Assembly (NCBI GenBank): GCA_005772855.1
Contig: SXIK01000010.1
Span: forward strand, 2,886 to 66,885
From: Planctomycetia bacterium
GTDB taxonomy: Bacteria > Planctomycetota > UBA8108 > SXIK01
Reading direction: 5' to 3'
Length of the DNA stretch: 64,000 nucleotides
The notes under the pieces are model-generated. The model ran no database searches. It saw nothing but the letters and a program-made list of their open reading frames with translations, and had not been told where the DNA came from. Position 1 is the stretch's first letter. Every line of letters starts with the position of its first letter. Of this stretch, positions 39,004 through 48,762 are shown piece after piece. The position numbers and the translations under genes were made by a program.

Positions 39004-39864
39004 ATGCGCGGCAACCTGTCGGTTTTCTTGGCCATTGGACTTCTCTTCGCCGACGATGGGAGCCTTCCCGGAGAAGAGTTGAAGCAAGAGACGATCCAGA
39101 AAATTACGGCATACCTTCAAGAAGCTCGGTCGCACAGCCTCCAAAAGGAGTACGCGAAGTCCAACGCGTTGTATGAAAAAGCCATGGAGCTCTTGCCACC
39201 GGTGAAGGAAGGCTCACTGGAGGCATCCCGGGCGAAGCTTCACTTTGACATCGGCTGCAACTGGGCCCTTCAAGGAAGGAAGCCCGAGGCCATCGCAGCC
39301 CTCGGCCGCGCGGTAAGCCATGGGTATTGGCACGCTGACTACCTCCTCCGGGATCCAACCCTGAAGGAGCTTCACACCGACAAGAAGTTTCACGCCGTGA
39401 TGCAGGAGGCCAAGCTGGGCTTTTCCAGAATGGTTGTCGGGCTCACGGATGTGCTCACAAACAAGAAAGTCGAGGCCCGCGACCTCGAGAACAAGGTGCT
39501 GATTATCGACATTTGGGGAACTTGGTGCCCGCCATGTCGTCGTGAGATCCCATATTTCGTCAAACTGAAGCAGAAGTACGCCGCACAGGGCCTGGAGATC
39601 GTGGGGCTGACGTACGAGAGGGAGGGGCCGAGTGACGAAGCTCGCAAGCGCGTGGAAGACTTCGGCAAGGAGCAGTCGGTAAATTACCCCCTCGTCATGC
39701 TTGCGGAGGACTTGCGTGCGCTCCTCTCAGGTCTCCACGGCGTTCGCAAGTTTCCCACCACCTATTTCTTCGGTCGGGATGGAAGCCTCAAACACCGCCT
39801 TGAGGGCCTCCAGGACCTTGAGGTTCTGGAGGCGAAGGTGATCGAGCTCCTGTCCAAGAAATGA
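39004..39864 (+). CDS. Exported TPR + TlpA-like thiol-disulfide oxidoreductase
   Basis: Signal peptide, TPR helices, WGTWCPPC, FPTT. Confidence 0.87.
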   Translation: MRGNLSVFLAIGLLFADDGSLPGEELKQETIQKITAYLQEARSHSLQKEYAKSNALYEKAMELLPPVKEGSLEASRAKLHFDIGCNWALQGRKPEAIAALGRAVSHGYWHADYLLRDPTLKELHTDKKFHAVMQEAKLGFSRMVVGLTDVLTNKKVEARDLENKVLIIDIWGTWCPPCRREIPYFVKLKQKYAAQGLEIVGLTYEREGPSDEARKRVEDFGKEQSVNYPLVMLAEDLRALLSGLHGVRKFPTTYFFGRDGSLKHRLEGLQDLEVLEAKVIELLSKK

Positions 39865-39974
39865 GAAATGGTTGACGGGATGGCAGCCCAGGTGGTTGTG
39901 GGCCGCAGCCCGAGAGATTACAATCCACACCCTCTTTTGAAGTATTCCCCTCCACCAGCCACGAGGATCTCGCC

Positions 39975-40091
39975 ATGGGCGCAAACATTACGCAGCAAAA
40001 AAAGAAAAAACGTCAAAGCCGGCGTCTGAAGCGAGTGAAGCTTCGAGAAAAAGTGACTCGTCTCGAGCGCCAAGGTCAAAAAAAGAAGTGA
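39975..40091 (+). CDS. 38-aa highly basic micro-protein
   Basis: MGANITQQKKKKRQSRRLKRVKLREKVTRLERQGQKKK; GAGGA SD at 39963-39967. Below the ORF-track cutoff. Confidence 0.65.
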   Translation: MGANITQQKKKKRQSRRLKRVKLREKVTRLERQGQKKK

Positions 40092-40104
40092 TCGCCCCCG
40101 GGGC

Positions 40105-41301
40105 TCAGCCAGTCCGAGTCAGCGTCAAGACCTTCAAGTAACGTCCCTCCGGGAACTCGGGCTTGAGAACGTGATCGGGCGGCTCACCATCTGAGCTTGC
40201 CAGGTGCAACTGCACCCCAACACGCCGTCCCCCCTGCAGCACCGCCTCACGAAAGCGAGTCTCCGAAACCGCTCCCGAGCAGGAGCACGTGACGAGCGTC
40301 CCGCCCTTCACGAGCGCACGAGCGGCAAGTGAGTTCAGATCTTCGTAACGCTTGAGGCCAGAGTGCACCTCATCTCGACCCGAGGCAAACTTGGGCGGGT
40401 CGAGAATGATCAAGTCAAAGTTCTGCCCTCTGGAATTGGCTGCTCGCAGGAAGTCGAAGAGATCTGCGTGGATGAAATTGGCGGAGAGCTGGTTCAGTTG
40501 GGCATTCTCCTTCGCCACGACGACCGCTTTCTCGTCCAGATCAACGGCCGTCACTTCCGCCGCTCCACCCAGGGCCGCATTCAGCGCAAACCCACCGGTG
40601 TAGGTGCAGCCGTCCAGAACCCGCTTCCCCTCGGCGAGCCCCCGAACCCTCTTGCGGTGCTCCCTCTGGTCGCAAAAGAAACCCGTCTTGTGTCCATGAC
40701 GCAGATCGACTTGAAAGCGCAGTCCATTCTCGTGAACGATCGTCCTCAACTTCGCGTCCCCGAGCTTCTCGGCCACGAAGTCCCGAACGTGAAATCCCTC
40801 ATGCGCTTCGGCAGCTCGGTCGGCCTTGACGAGCACGGTGGCACCTCCAAATCGGCGAGAGAGCGCTGGAAGTAGCCACTTGAGCATTCGATACCAACCC
40901 GCGCTGTGGAGCTGGACCACGAGAAAACCAGCGAACCGATCGACAATGAGCCCCGAGAGGCCATCACCTTCAGAGTTCACAACTCTGTAGGCGTCGGTGA
41001 CCCGATCGAGCACGAGCTCTTCTCGCCGAAATCGCACGGCACGCTCGAGTGCCGCGTCGAAGAAGTGGTCGTCCAGAGGCTGCCCGGGGTCCTCGGTGAG
41101 GAGCCGCACAGCAATCTGGGACTTCCTGTTGTAGATCCCCCGGCCCGCAAAGCGCCCTTCACGGTCAAACACCTCCACCAAGCTACCGGGGGCGTGGTCC
41201 GCCGGGCGGCACATCTTACGGTAAATCCAGGGGTGCTTCGAATTCCGGCGCACGGAAAGGTCCACGCGTGGGAGTTGAAGAATGGAAGGCCCGAACGGCA
41301 T
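40105..41301 (-). CDS. rlmI: 23S rRNA m5C1962-type methyltransferase
   Basis: HPWIY PUA-like start, GHKTGFFCDQR, DPPKF, TCSCS catalytic motif, PEGRYLK. Confidence 0.88.
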   Translation of the reverse strand: MPFGPSILQLPRVDLSVRRNSKHPWIYRKMCRPADHAPGSLVEVFDREGRFAGRGIYNRKSQIAVRLLTEDPGQPLDDHFFDAALERAVRFRREELVLDRVTDAYRVVNSEGDGLSGLIVDRFAGFLVVQLHSAGWYRMLKWLLPALSRRFGGATVLVKADRAAEAHEGFHVRDFVAEKLGDAKLRTIVHENGLRFQVDLRHGHKTGFFCDQREHRKRVRGLAEGKRVLDGCTYTGGFALNAALGGAAEVTAVDLDEKAVVVAKENAQLNQLSANFIHADLFDFLRAANSRGQNFDLIILDPPKFASGRDEVHSGLKRYEDLNSLAARALVKGGTLVTCSCSGAVSETRFREAVLQGGRRVGVQLHLASSDGEPPDHVLKPEFPEGRYLKVLTLTRTG

Positions 41302-41434
41302 TTGGCGGATTATACGCGGCCGCGCCCCCTGGACCTCCCGTACACCGCAAAGACGTTCCGAAAATCTCCGGGATCACTCTCAAGGACCCCAACTGATCGA
41401 CCGATAACAGAAGTGGAGGAGCTCTGAAAAAGCC

Positions 41435-42427
41435 ATGACTCGATCACGGATCACCCGAAGGGCGAGGTCAGGCCCGATGACCTGGGCTGTCAGTTTATTT
41501 CTAGCAGCCCTTGAGGCTGAAGATCGCCCCGCGGGCCCTGGCCTCCAGGAGGTAGATCGGCTAGAGGTGCTCGCAGCCCAAGTCGCGCTCGAGGGCGCGG
41601 GATTCTCGGCAGGACTCCTTGACGGAATCCTTGGCCAGAAGACAGAAACGGCACTCCGGGGGTTTCAACAGGCCGCTCACCTGAACGTGACGGGAACAAT
41701 GGACGACGTCACGATGGCGGCTCTGAAGGTCTCCCCGGAATCTTGCACAACCACCTACACGGTCACAAGGGCTGACGAGCTTCAAGTCAGCTATTGCCCG
41801 CCCGATTGGATCGAGAAAAGCCAACGCGAACGGCTTCTCTACCCATCGTTTGTCAACATGCTGGCGGAAAAGTTCCACACGTCGGAGCGCTGCCTCACCT
41901 GGCTCAATTCTGCGAAGGACTTGAGTCTCCTCAAGGCGGGCGATTCCCTGGTGGTGCCGGTGCCCCGCGACCGAGGGCCCGTGAAATCGCCTGCGGCTCT
42001 CGAGATCGACCTCGAGCGGAAAATAGTCTTCTTGCTCGACAAGGACTCGCGCGTTCAAGGACTCCTGCACTGCAGCGTCGCACGAGACATCTCCATTGTC
42101 CAGCGAGGCGAAGCCAGGGTCGTCACCATTGTTGAAGAACCAGGCTACACCTTCGATCCGCAGAAATGGCCCGAGGTGAAGACCGTGGACCGCAAGCTCA
42201 GTATCCCCGCAGGCCCGCGTTCACCCGTGGGACTGCGCTGGATTGGGCTCGACACCCCTGGCGTGGGCATCCATGGAACGCCGGAACCAGAAAACATCGG
42301 CAAGACTGGATCGCACGGCTGCTTCCGCCTGACGAACTGGGACGCCGTCTATCTTGCCTCGGCCGTCAAGGTCGGGACCATGGTCCGCATCATCGACACC
42401 TCAAAGTTGGGACAGCCACCCTATTGA
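41435..42427 (+). CDS. L,D-transpeptidase with peptidoglycan-binding and LysM-like domains
   Basis: DGILGQKTETALRGFQ; GIHGT..SHGCFRL. Confidence 0.9.
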   Translation: MTRSRITRRARSGPMTWAVSLFLAALEAEDRPAGPGLQEVDRLEVLAAQVALEGAGFSAGLLDGILGQKTETALRGFQQAAHLNVTGTMDDVTMAALKVSPESCTTTYTVTRADELQVSYCPPDWIEKSQRERLLYPSFVNMLAEKFHTSERCLTWLNSAKDLSLLKAGDSLVVPVPRDRGPVKSPAALEIDLERKIVFLLDKDSRVQGLLHCSVARDISIVQRGEARVVTIVEEPGYTFDPQKWPEVKTVDRKLSIPAGPRSPVGLRWIGLDTPGVGIHGTPEPENIGKTGSHGCFRLTNWDAVYLASAVKVGTMVRIIDTSKLGQPPY

Positions 42428-42485
42428 CTTGGCCACCCTTCTGATACGCGAAGCCGGAGACTGCTCCCTCACGGGTAGTTGCGCC

Positions 42486-45400
42486 TCAGACGTTGAAATA
42501 CTTCGCCTGGGGATGATGGACGATCAGGGCGCTCGTCGACTGCTCGGGCTCCAGCATGAACTCCTCGGAAAGCTGCACGCCAATGCGACCCGCTTCGAGG
42601 ATCTCGAGAAGCGGCGCCTGATCCTCCAGCCGGGGACATGCGGGGTAACCGAAGGAGTACCTGGAACCACGATATCCCTGGCGAAATAGCCCCTGGATTT
42701 CGCGGGAGTCTTGGTCGCTGATTCCCAGCTCGCCCCGAATCTGCTTGTGGAGCATTTCGGCCATGGCCTCGGTACATTCAACGGAGAGGCCGTGAAGGTA
42801 GAGATAGTCGCGGTAACGGTTGGCCTTGAACCACTCCCGCTCGGTCTCCGAAGCCTTCTGCCCCACCGTCACGACCGTGAATACGATCACGTCGCGCACC
42901 CCCGAGCTGACGGGGCGAAAGAAATCGGCAATGCAAAGCCGCTTCAGCTTTCGCTGCCGCGGAAAGGAAAAGCGGTGGAGGACAGCGCTGGTTCCCGGCT
43001 GATAGACGATCACATCGTCCCCATCGCTCTGGCACTCGTAGTAACCGTAGACAGCCTTGGGCTGAATCAGTTGCTCCTCCCGACTCTTCCGGACCATATC
43101 GAGATAGAGAGGCCGGACCTCTCTCTCGAGAAACTTGTCGTGCTCATCCTTCGTCATACCCCTGGGCCGAAACTGCCACTGGAACTTGAAGAGCACTGTT
43201 TCGTTGATGTAAGGCAGGAGCGCCTCGAGCTTCACCTGCTCAACAACTCTCGAGCCCAGGAACGGAGCCTTCGGCACCGGCGCATCGTGGCGAATTTGGG
43301 AGCGATCGGGTGGCTCCGGGCCATCCTGCATCACCTCGAGCGATCGATCGAACCTGGCCGGCGGAGCGGTCTGGGCGGTCGCATCCCGCGGCGCGTCGTC
43401 TTCGGAAGCCTCCTCCACGCTGCCGTCGCCCCTCTTCTTGAACTTCGTCGGCCGGGCTGGCTCACCCCGGAGAATGGACTCCATGACGTTGAGTCCTTCA
43501 AAGGCGTCCTTCGCGTACTCGACCCGGTTGGCGGCAACGGCACGGCAATCGAGCTCAACATAACGCCTCGACAGCGCAGCGCCACCCAGGAGCACCGGCG
43601 TGCGCAGCCCCTGTCTGACCATCTCTTCCAGGTTTTCGCGCATGACGACCGTCGACTTGACGAGGAGCCCAGACATACCGATCGCGTGCGCATCGCGCTT
43701 TCGTGCCTCCTCGATGATCAACGTGATGGGTACCTTGATCCCGAGGTTGTAGACCGTATAGCCGTTGTTCGTGAAGAGGATGTCGACCAAGTTCTTGCCA
43801 ATGTCATGCACGTCACCCTTGACGGTGGCCAGCACGATCTTGCCTTTCGAGTCGCCATCGACTTTCTCCATGAAGGGCTGCAAGTAGGCCACGGCGGCCT
43901 TCATGGTCTCCGCAGACTGAAGCACGAATGGAAGCTGCATCTGGCCGGAGCCAAAGAGGTCACCGACGACCCTCATGCCTTCGAGGAGAACCTCGTTGAT
44001 GATGGAGAGCGCGCTCCTCGTTTTGAGCGCGTCCGCCAGATCCGTCTCGAGGCCGACCTTGTCGCCATCGATGATCCTTTCCTTGAGCTTCTCCTCGATG
44101 TTTGCGGCCGGCGGCTTCTTCACCGCGCCGACCTCTTTCTTGTCGACAAAAAGCTTCACCAGCTCGATCAAGGGATCATAGCCCTCTCGTCGGCGGTCAA
44201 AGATCAAATCCTCGGCGACCTCACGCTCCCTGGGATCGAGCTTGAAGAGCGGCACGATCTTCGAGGCGTGGACGATGGCGGCGTCGAGCCCAGCTTCCCG
44301 GCAGTGGTGCAGAAAGACGCTGTTGAGGACAGTGCGGGCTGCCGGCTTGAGGCCAAAGCTCACATTGGAAAGCCCGACGGCAGTGAAAACGCCCGCAAGC
44401 TCCCGCTTGATGAGACGAATACCCTCGATGGTCTCGAGAGCGTTGCGACGGTCCTCCTCCTGCCCCGTGCTGATGGGAAGCACGAGCGGATCGTAAAAAA
44501 TATCATGCGGCCGCATGCCGCAACGCCGCGTCGCAATGTCGAGCATGCGCTGGGCGATCGACAGCTTGCGCGCCGCCGTCTTCGCCATGCCGGCTTGCTT
44601 GTCCTCGTCGATCGTGCCGAGAATGACGGCGGCGCCAAACGACTTGATGAGCTTCAAGTACTCGACAAACTCCTCCTCGCCGTTTTCGAGGTTGATCGAA
44701 TTGACGAGGGCTCGCCCGCCGATGAGCTTCAGGGTTGGCTCGAAGGTGCTCCACGAGTTGGAGTCTATACAAAGAGGCGCTGCGACCTGCGTGACCATCG
44801 CCTTGACAATCGGCGGCAGATCGACCCTGGAGTCCCGGCCGACCTGGTCAGCGCAGATGTCGACCAAGTGGCTCCCATCACGCGCCTGTTCCTTGCCCAT
44901 GGCCACCATGGCGTCCATGTCGCCGGCAGCGAAGGCATCCTTGAACTTCTTCGAGCCCAACACGTTGGTCCGCTCCCCGATAATCAAGTAGGAAGCATCC
45001 TGGACGATGGGAACCGATGAATAGAGGCTCGAGAGGGACGGTGTAAACTGCGGCGAGCGGGACTTCGGCGCCCGCTTCCCGACAGCCTTCACAAGCTCGC
45101 GGATGTGATCCGGCGTCGTGCCGCAGCAGCCGCCGACTAGGCTCACGCCATCTTCCTCGATGAACCGAACGAGCCAGGAAGCAAGCTCCCGGGGCGTCAA
45201 CGGGAAATGAGCTTTGCCGTCGACGAGCTGCGGCAGGCCTGCGTTCGGAACGACGCTCACACGTTTTGGCGAATTGCGCCCGAGGTAGGCGATGTGCTCG
45301 CTCATCTCCAGCGGCCCGCTCGCGCAGTTGAGCCCGAGCACCTGCACCCCGTCAAACGGCTCGATGGCTGTCACCACGGCACCGATATCGGTGCCGAGGA

Positions 45401-45998
45401 GCATCGTGCCCGTCGTCTCCATCGTCACCTGGCAAAAGATCGGCAAGCGGCGGCCTGCTTCGGCGAAGGCAAGATTCGCAGCATTGATCGCGCACTTCGT
45501 CTGAAGGATGTCCTGGCAGGTCTCGACAAGAATCACATCCACGCCGCCGTCGAGAAGGCCCCGCACCTGTTCTGCGTACGAGGCGAGAAGGGAGTCGTAG
45601 TCCGTGTGCCCCAGCGTGACAAGCTTCGTGCCAGGGCCGACAGATCCAAGCACGTACCGCGGTTCGCCCGTGCGGCGGGAATGTCGCTCGCAGGCCTCGC
45701 GTGCGATTTGTCCAGCCCGGGCGTTCAGCTCCCGGGCGCGAGCCTCTAGACCAAACTCGGCGAGGACAATATTGTTTCCGCCAAAGGTGTTCGTCTCCAC
45801 CGCATGGCAGCCGGCTTCAAGGTAGGCCTCGTGAACCCCCCGGACGAAGTCGGGGCGAGTGGCATTGAGGATCTCCGAGCAGTTTTCTTGCCCGCCAAAG
45901 TCCTCCAGCGTCAGATCGGCGCTCTGAATCTGGGTGCCCATGGCGCCATCAATAACGACGACACGTTCGGACATGAAATCGAGGATATGAGTTGGCAT
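42486..45998 (-). CDS. metH: Cobalamin-dependent methionine synthase
   Basis: DGAMGT, GLNC, GGCCGT, GDVHDIGKN, GYPACP. Confidence 0.97.
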   Translation of the reverse strand: MPTHILDFMSERVVVIDGAMGTQIQSADLTLEDFGGQENCSEILNATRPDFVRGVHEAYLEAGCHAVETNTFGGNNIVLAEFGLEARARELNARAGQIAREACERHSRRTGEPRYVLGSVGPGTKLVTLGHTDYDSLLASYAEQVRGLLDGGVDVILVETCQDILQTKCAINAANLAFAEAGRRLPIFCQVTMETTGTMLLGTDIGAVVTAIEPFDGVQVLGLNCASGPLEMSEHIAYLGRNSPKRVSVVPNAGLPQLVDGKAHFPLTPRELASWLVRFIEEDGVSLVGGCCGTTPDHIRELVKAVGKRAPKSRSPQFTPSLSSLYSSVPIVQDASYLIIGERTNVLGSKKFKDAFAAGDMDAMVAMGKEQARDGSHLVDICADQVGRDSRVDLPPIVKAMVTQVAAPLCIDSNSWSTFEPTLKLIGGRALVNSINLENGEEEFVEYLKLIKSFGAAVILGTIDEDKQAGMAKTAARKLSIAQRMLDIATRRCGMRPHDIFYDPLVLPISTGQEEDRRNALETIEGIRLIKRELAGVFTAVGLSNVSFGLKPAARTVLNSVFLHHCREAGLDAAIVHASKIVPLFKLDPREREVAEDLIFDRRREGYDPLIELVKLFVDKKEVGAVKKPPAANIEEKLKERIIDGDKVGLETDLADALKTRSALSIINEVLLEGMRVVGDLFGSGQMQLPFVLQSAETMKAAVAYLQPFMEKVDGDSKGKIVLATVKGDVHDIGKNLVDILFTNNGYTVYNLGIKVPITLIIEEARKRDAHAIGMSGLLVKSTVVMRENLEEMVRQGLRTPVLLGGAALSRRYVELDCRAVAANRVEYAKDAFEGLNVMESILRGEPARPTKFKKRGDGSVEEASEDDAPRDATAQTAPPARFDRSLEVMQDGPEPPDRSQIRHDAPVPKAPFLGSRVVEQVKLEALLPYINETVLFKFQWQFRPRGMTKDEHDKFLEREVRPLYLDMVRKSREEQLIQPKAVYGYYECQSDGDDVIVYQPGTSAVLHRFSFPRQRKLKRLCIADFFRPVSSGVRDVIVFTVVTVGQKASETEREWFKANRYRDYLYLHGLSVECTEAMAEMLHKQIRGELGISDQDSREIQGLFRQGYRGSRYSFGYPACPRLEDQAPLLEILEAGRIGVQLSEEFMLEPEQSTSALIVHHPQAKYFNV

Positions 45999-46090
45999 GA
46001 ACTTTGTTGAGCGACCAGGGACCAGAAAAAGATCCAAAAGTATAGCATGGGAGCTGACGCGAACCTATGCCTGGCCCTGCCTCAACAAGC

Positions 46091-48640
46091 TCAGAGAGCC
46101 ACTTCCGTCACCAGGGCAAGCTCGTGTGGGTGGACGAGCTTCGAGTGCGTCGGGTAAAGGCGCAGGATCGTCACGTCGGATCCAGCGACTCCCTTCGCAG
46201 GACCGCCCTGGAGTTGGAAGCGGAGCCGATAAAGGCCAGCACCAAGATCCTTGATGTGGCTCGCGGGGTGGTCGGCACCACTGGATTCTCGGCAAAGCAA
46301 GTCTCGAGGTGCGATACCGCCAAGGAAAACCTCGATCTCGACGCCGCGTTGACCGGTACGCGCAGCTCTTCGCACGTGGACGAGCGGCCAGCTGCTGCGC
46401 ACGTTGTCCTTCCACGCCGCGAGCTCGCGCGCCTGTCGAGCTTGCGATGCTCCGACGCGATTGCCGTTTTCGAAAGCTGGACGATAGAGCTGCCGGGCAT
46501 ACTCGAGCACCATGTGCGACGTGCTGAACCGCGGGACAAGATCCGCCATCGAGGTCTTCACCTTCCGGATCCACTCCAGTGGCATGCCACGCTGATCCCG
46601 GCGGTAGTAAAGAGGCAAGATCTCCTTTTCGAGCACACGGTAGAGCGCCTCGGAGTCCTCCCGGTCTTGCAGAGACTCGTCCGGGTAGTCGATTGGCTTC
46701 CCGAAGGCCCAGCCCGTGGCTGGGGCGTAGCCCTCACACCACCAGCCATCAAGGATGCTGCAATTCAAACCGCAATTCACCGGCACTTTCTGCCCACTCG
46801 TGCCGCTCGCTTCGAGAGGTCTGCGAGGATTGTTGAGCCACAGGTCGACGCCCTGAACCAGGTGTTGAGCCACGTGGATGTCGTAGTTCTCGACAAGCGC
46901 GATGCGACCTCGAAACGCCTTCTGTCTCGAGATCGCAGCGACCTCCTCGAAGAGCTTCTTCCCCTGAGCGTCCTCCGGGTGCGGCTTCCCGCTGAAAATG
47001 ATCTGGAGGGGCCTTGAGCTCGACTCGAAGAGCTTTCGAGCCCGCTGAAGGTCACGGAAGAGCAGGTTCGCCCGCTTGTAGAGCGCGAATCGTCGAGCGA
47101 AGCCAATCGTGAAAATCTCTGGATCGAGAAGGTCTTTCACCACGGACGCGGCCTTGCCCGGGCTGAGGCCCGTGCGTTCAAGCCGAACGCGCTCCCGCTC
47201 TCGTACAAACTCCACCATGCGGCGTTTCAAGCCCTGCTTGACCGACCAGAGATCTTTCTCCGGGAGCCTGGAGGCTCCCTTCCAGAACTTCGCGTCGTCG
47301 AGTCGGCGTTCCCAGTCGCTGCCGACGTGTTTCGCGAGAAGCTCGTGCATCTCGGGCGCTACCCACGTGCTGGTGTGAATGCCGTTCGTCACCGACGTGA
47401 TGGGCGTCTCCTCGGCGCTGAAGCCCGGCCAGAGCTTCGACCACATCCTGCGCGAGACTTGCCCGTGCAGCGCGCTCACGCCGTTGCGAAATCTCGACAG
47501 TCGTAAAGCGAGCACAGTCATGCTCAAGAAGGGCCGTCCGTCCTTGCCGTGGTCAAGCCCAAGCGCCAGGTACTCATCGACAGGAATTCCAGCCGCCTCC
47601 GCGTGCCGGGCCAGGTAACGGCGCGCAAGGGGAAGGTCGAAGACCTCATTTCCCTCTGGCACAGGTGTGTGTGTTGTGAAGACCGTGTCGGCGGCGATGA
47701 GCTCGAGCCCTTCTGCCACGCTGAGCTTGTGTTCTTTGCGAACCTCGCGGAGCCGCTCAAGCGTCAGGAACGCGACGTGGCCCTCGTTGAGGTGCCAGAC
47801 CCCCGGACTACGGCCCGCGGCGCGGAGAGCTCGAACCCCGCCAATGCCCGCCACAATCTCTTGCCGCATGCGATCCTCACGGCTGCCGCCGTAAAGGCGG
47901 TACGTGATCTTCCGGTCCTCCGGACGATTCTCGCGAATGTCGGAGTCGAGCATGAGAATACGCGCACGCCCCACCTGGAGCTTCCAGAGTTTGAGGCTTA
48001 CAACTCGATCGGGAAACTCGACAGGGATGCGAATCTCCTTGCCAGGTCGGTCACAGAGGGCTTCGATCGGCAACCTGGAGAGATCGGCCCTTGGATAGAC
48101 AACCCGCTGGTGGTCTTTCCCATCCAGCTCCTGGCGAAAATATCCGTTGTGGTAGAAGAGCCCAACCCCCACCAGCGGCACAGCCTCGTCGCTGGCCGAC
48201 TTGGCATGGTCTCCCGCCAGAATCCCGAGCCCGCCCGCATAGACCGCGAGCGACTCGTGAACGCCGAATTCCATGGAAAAGTAGGCGACCGGACGATCGG
48301 CGGAGAGACCGGCCGGCGGACGGTGAGGCTCGGCGAGGCCAATCCATTCAAGGAAGACGGACTTCAGGAGCTTTCTGTATTCAGCATCGGCCTCGAGGGC
48401 ACTCAGAACTTTGCCATCCAGTGCAGCCACGAGGGTCCAGGGATTGCGGGGGCTGACGTTACTCCGGGTGCCAATGGCGCAGGCAGTGCGTCGCCAGAGT
48501 TCCACCGCGCCGTGGTTCCAGGTGGACCAGAGATTGGGAGCCATGGCCTTGAGCATGCCTTCAAGGTTGAGGGTAGCCTCGAGCATCATCTTCGATTTCT
48601 TGGACGGCTTTGCCGTCGTGGGTTTTCTTTTCAGTGTCAT
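46091..48640 (-). CDS. glgP: Alpha-glucan phosphorylase
   Basis: YFSMEFG, GGLGILAGD, HLNEGH, EASGTSG.K. Confidence 0.95.
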   Translation of the reverse strand: MTLKRKPTTAKPSKKSKMMLEATLNLEGMLKAMAPNLWSTWNHGAVELWRRTACAIGTRSNVSPRNPWTLVAALDGKVLSALEADAEYRKLLKSVFLEWIGLAEPHRPPAGLSADRPVAYFSMEFGVHESLAVYAGGLGILAGDHAKSASDEAVPLVGVGLFYHNGYFRQELDGKDHQRVVYPRADLSRLPIEALCDRPGKEIRIPVEFPDRVVSLKLWKLQVGRARILMLDSDIRENRPEDRKITYRLYGGSREDRMRQEIVAGIGGVRALRAAGRSPGVWHLNEGHVAFLTLERLREVRKEHKLSVAEGLELIAADTVFTTHTPVPEGNEVFDLPLARRYLARHAEAAGIPVDEYLALGLDHGKDGRPFLSMTVLALRLSRFRNGVSALHGQVSRRMWSKLWPGFSAEETPITSVTNGIHTSTWVAPEMHELLAKHVGSDWERRLDDAKFWKGASRLPEKDLWSVKQGLKRRMVEFVRERERVRLERTGLSPGKAASVVKDLLDPEIFTIGFARRFALYKRANLLFRDLQRARKLFESSSRPLQIIFSGKPHPEDAQGKKLFEEVAAISRQKAFRGRIALVENYDIHVAQHLVQGVDLWLNNPRRPLEASGTSGQKVPVNCGLNCSILDGWWCEGYAPATGWAFGKPIDYPDESLQDREDSEALYRVLEKEILPLYYRRDQRGMPLEWIRKVKTSMADLVPRFSTSHMVLEYARQLYRPAFENGNRVGASQARQARELAAWKDNVRSSWPLVHVRRAARTGQRGVEIEVFLGGIAPRDLLCRESSGADHPASHIKDLGAGLYRLRFQLQGGPAKGVAGSDVTILRLYPTHSKLVHPHELALVTEVAL

Positions 48641-48691
48641 GGGTAGCGGATGATATCGGCAAGTTCCCGGATTCCCTTTGGATCCAGGAAC

Positions 48692-48733
48692 AAAAAAACG
48701 TCGGGGACCAGCCTCGTTGCTGATCCCCGACGT
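48692..48733 (-). terminator. Rho-independent terminator of the Cys-rich repeat gene
   Basis: ACGTCGGGGATCAGC..GCTGGTCCCCGACGT followed by a T run on the minus strand. Confidence 0.85.
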
Positions 48734-48762
48734 CTCATCGAGACAGACGTGCGAGTAAGTGC

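Noticed and set aside
42711-45020. 769-aa plus-strand ORF
   Set aside because: Antisense shadow of metH, expected in GC-rich DNA.
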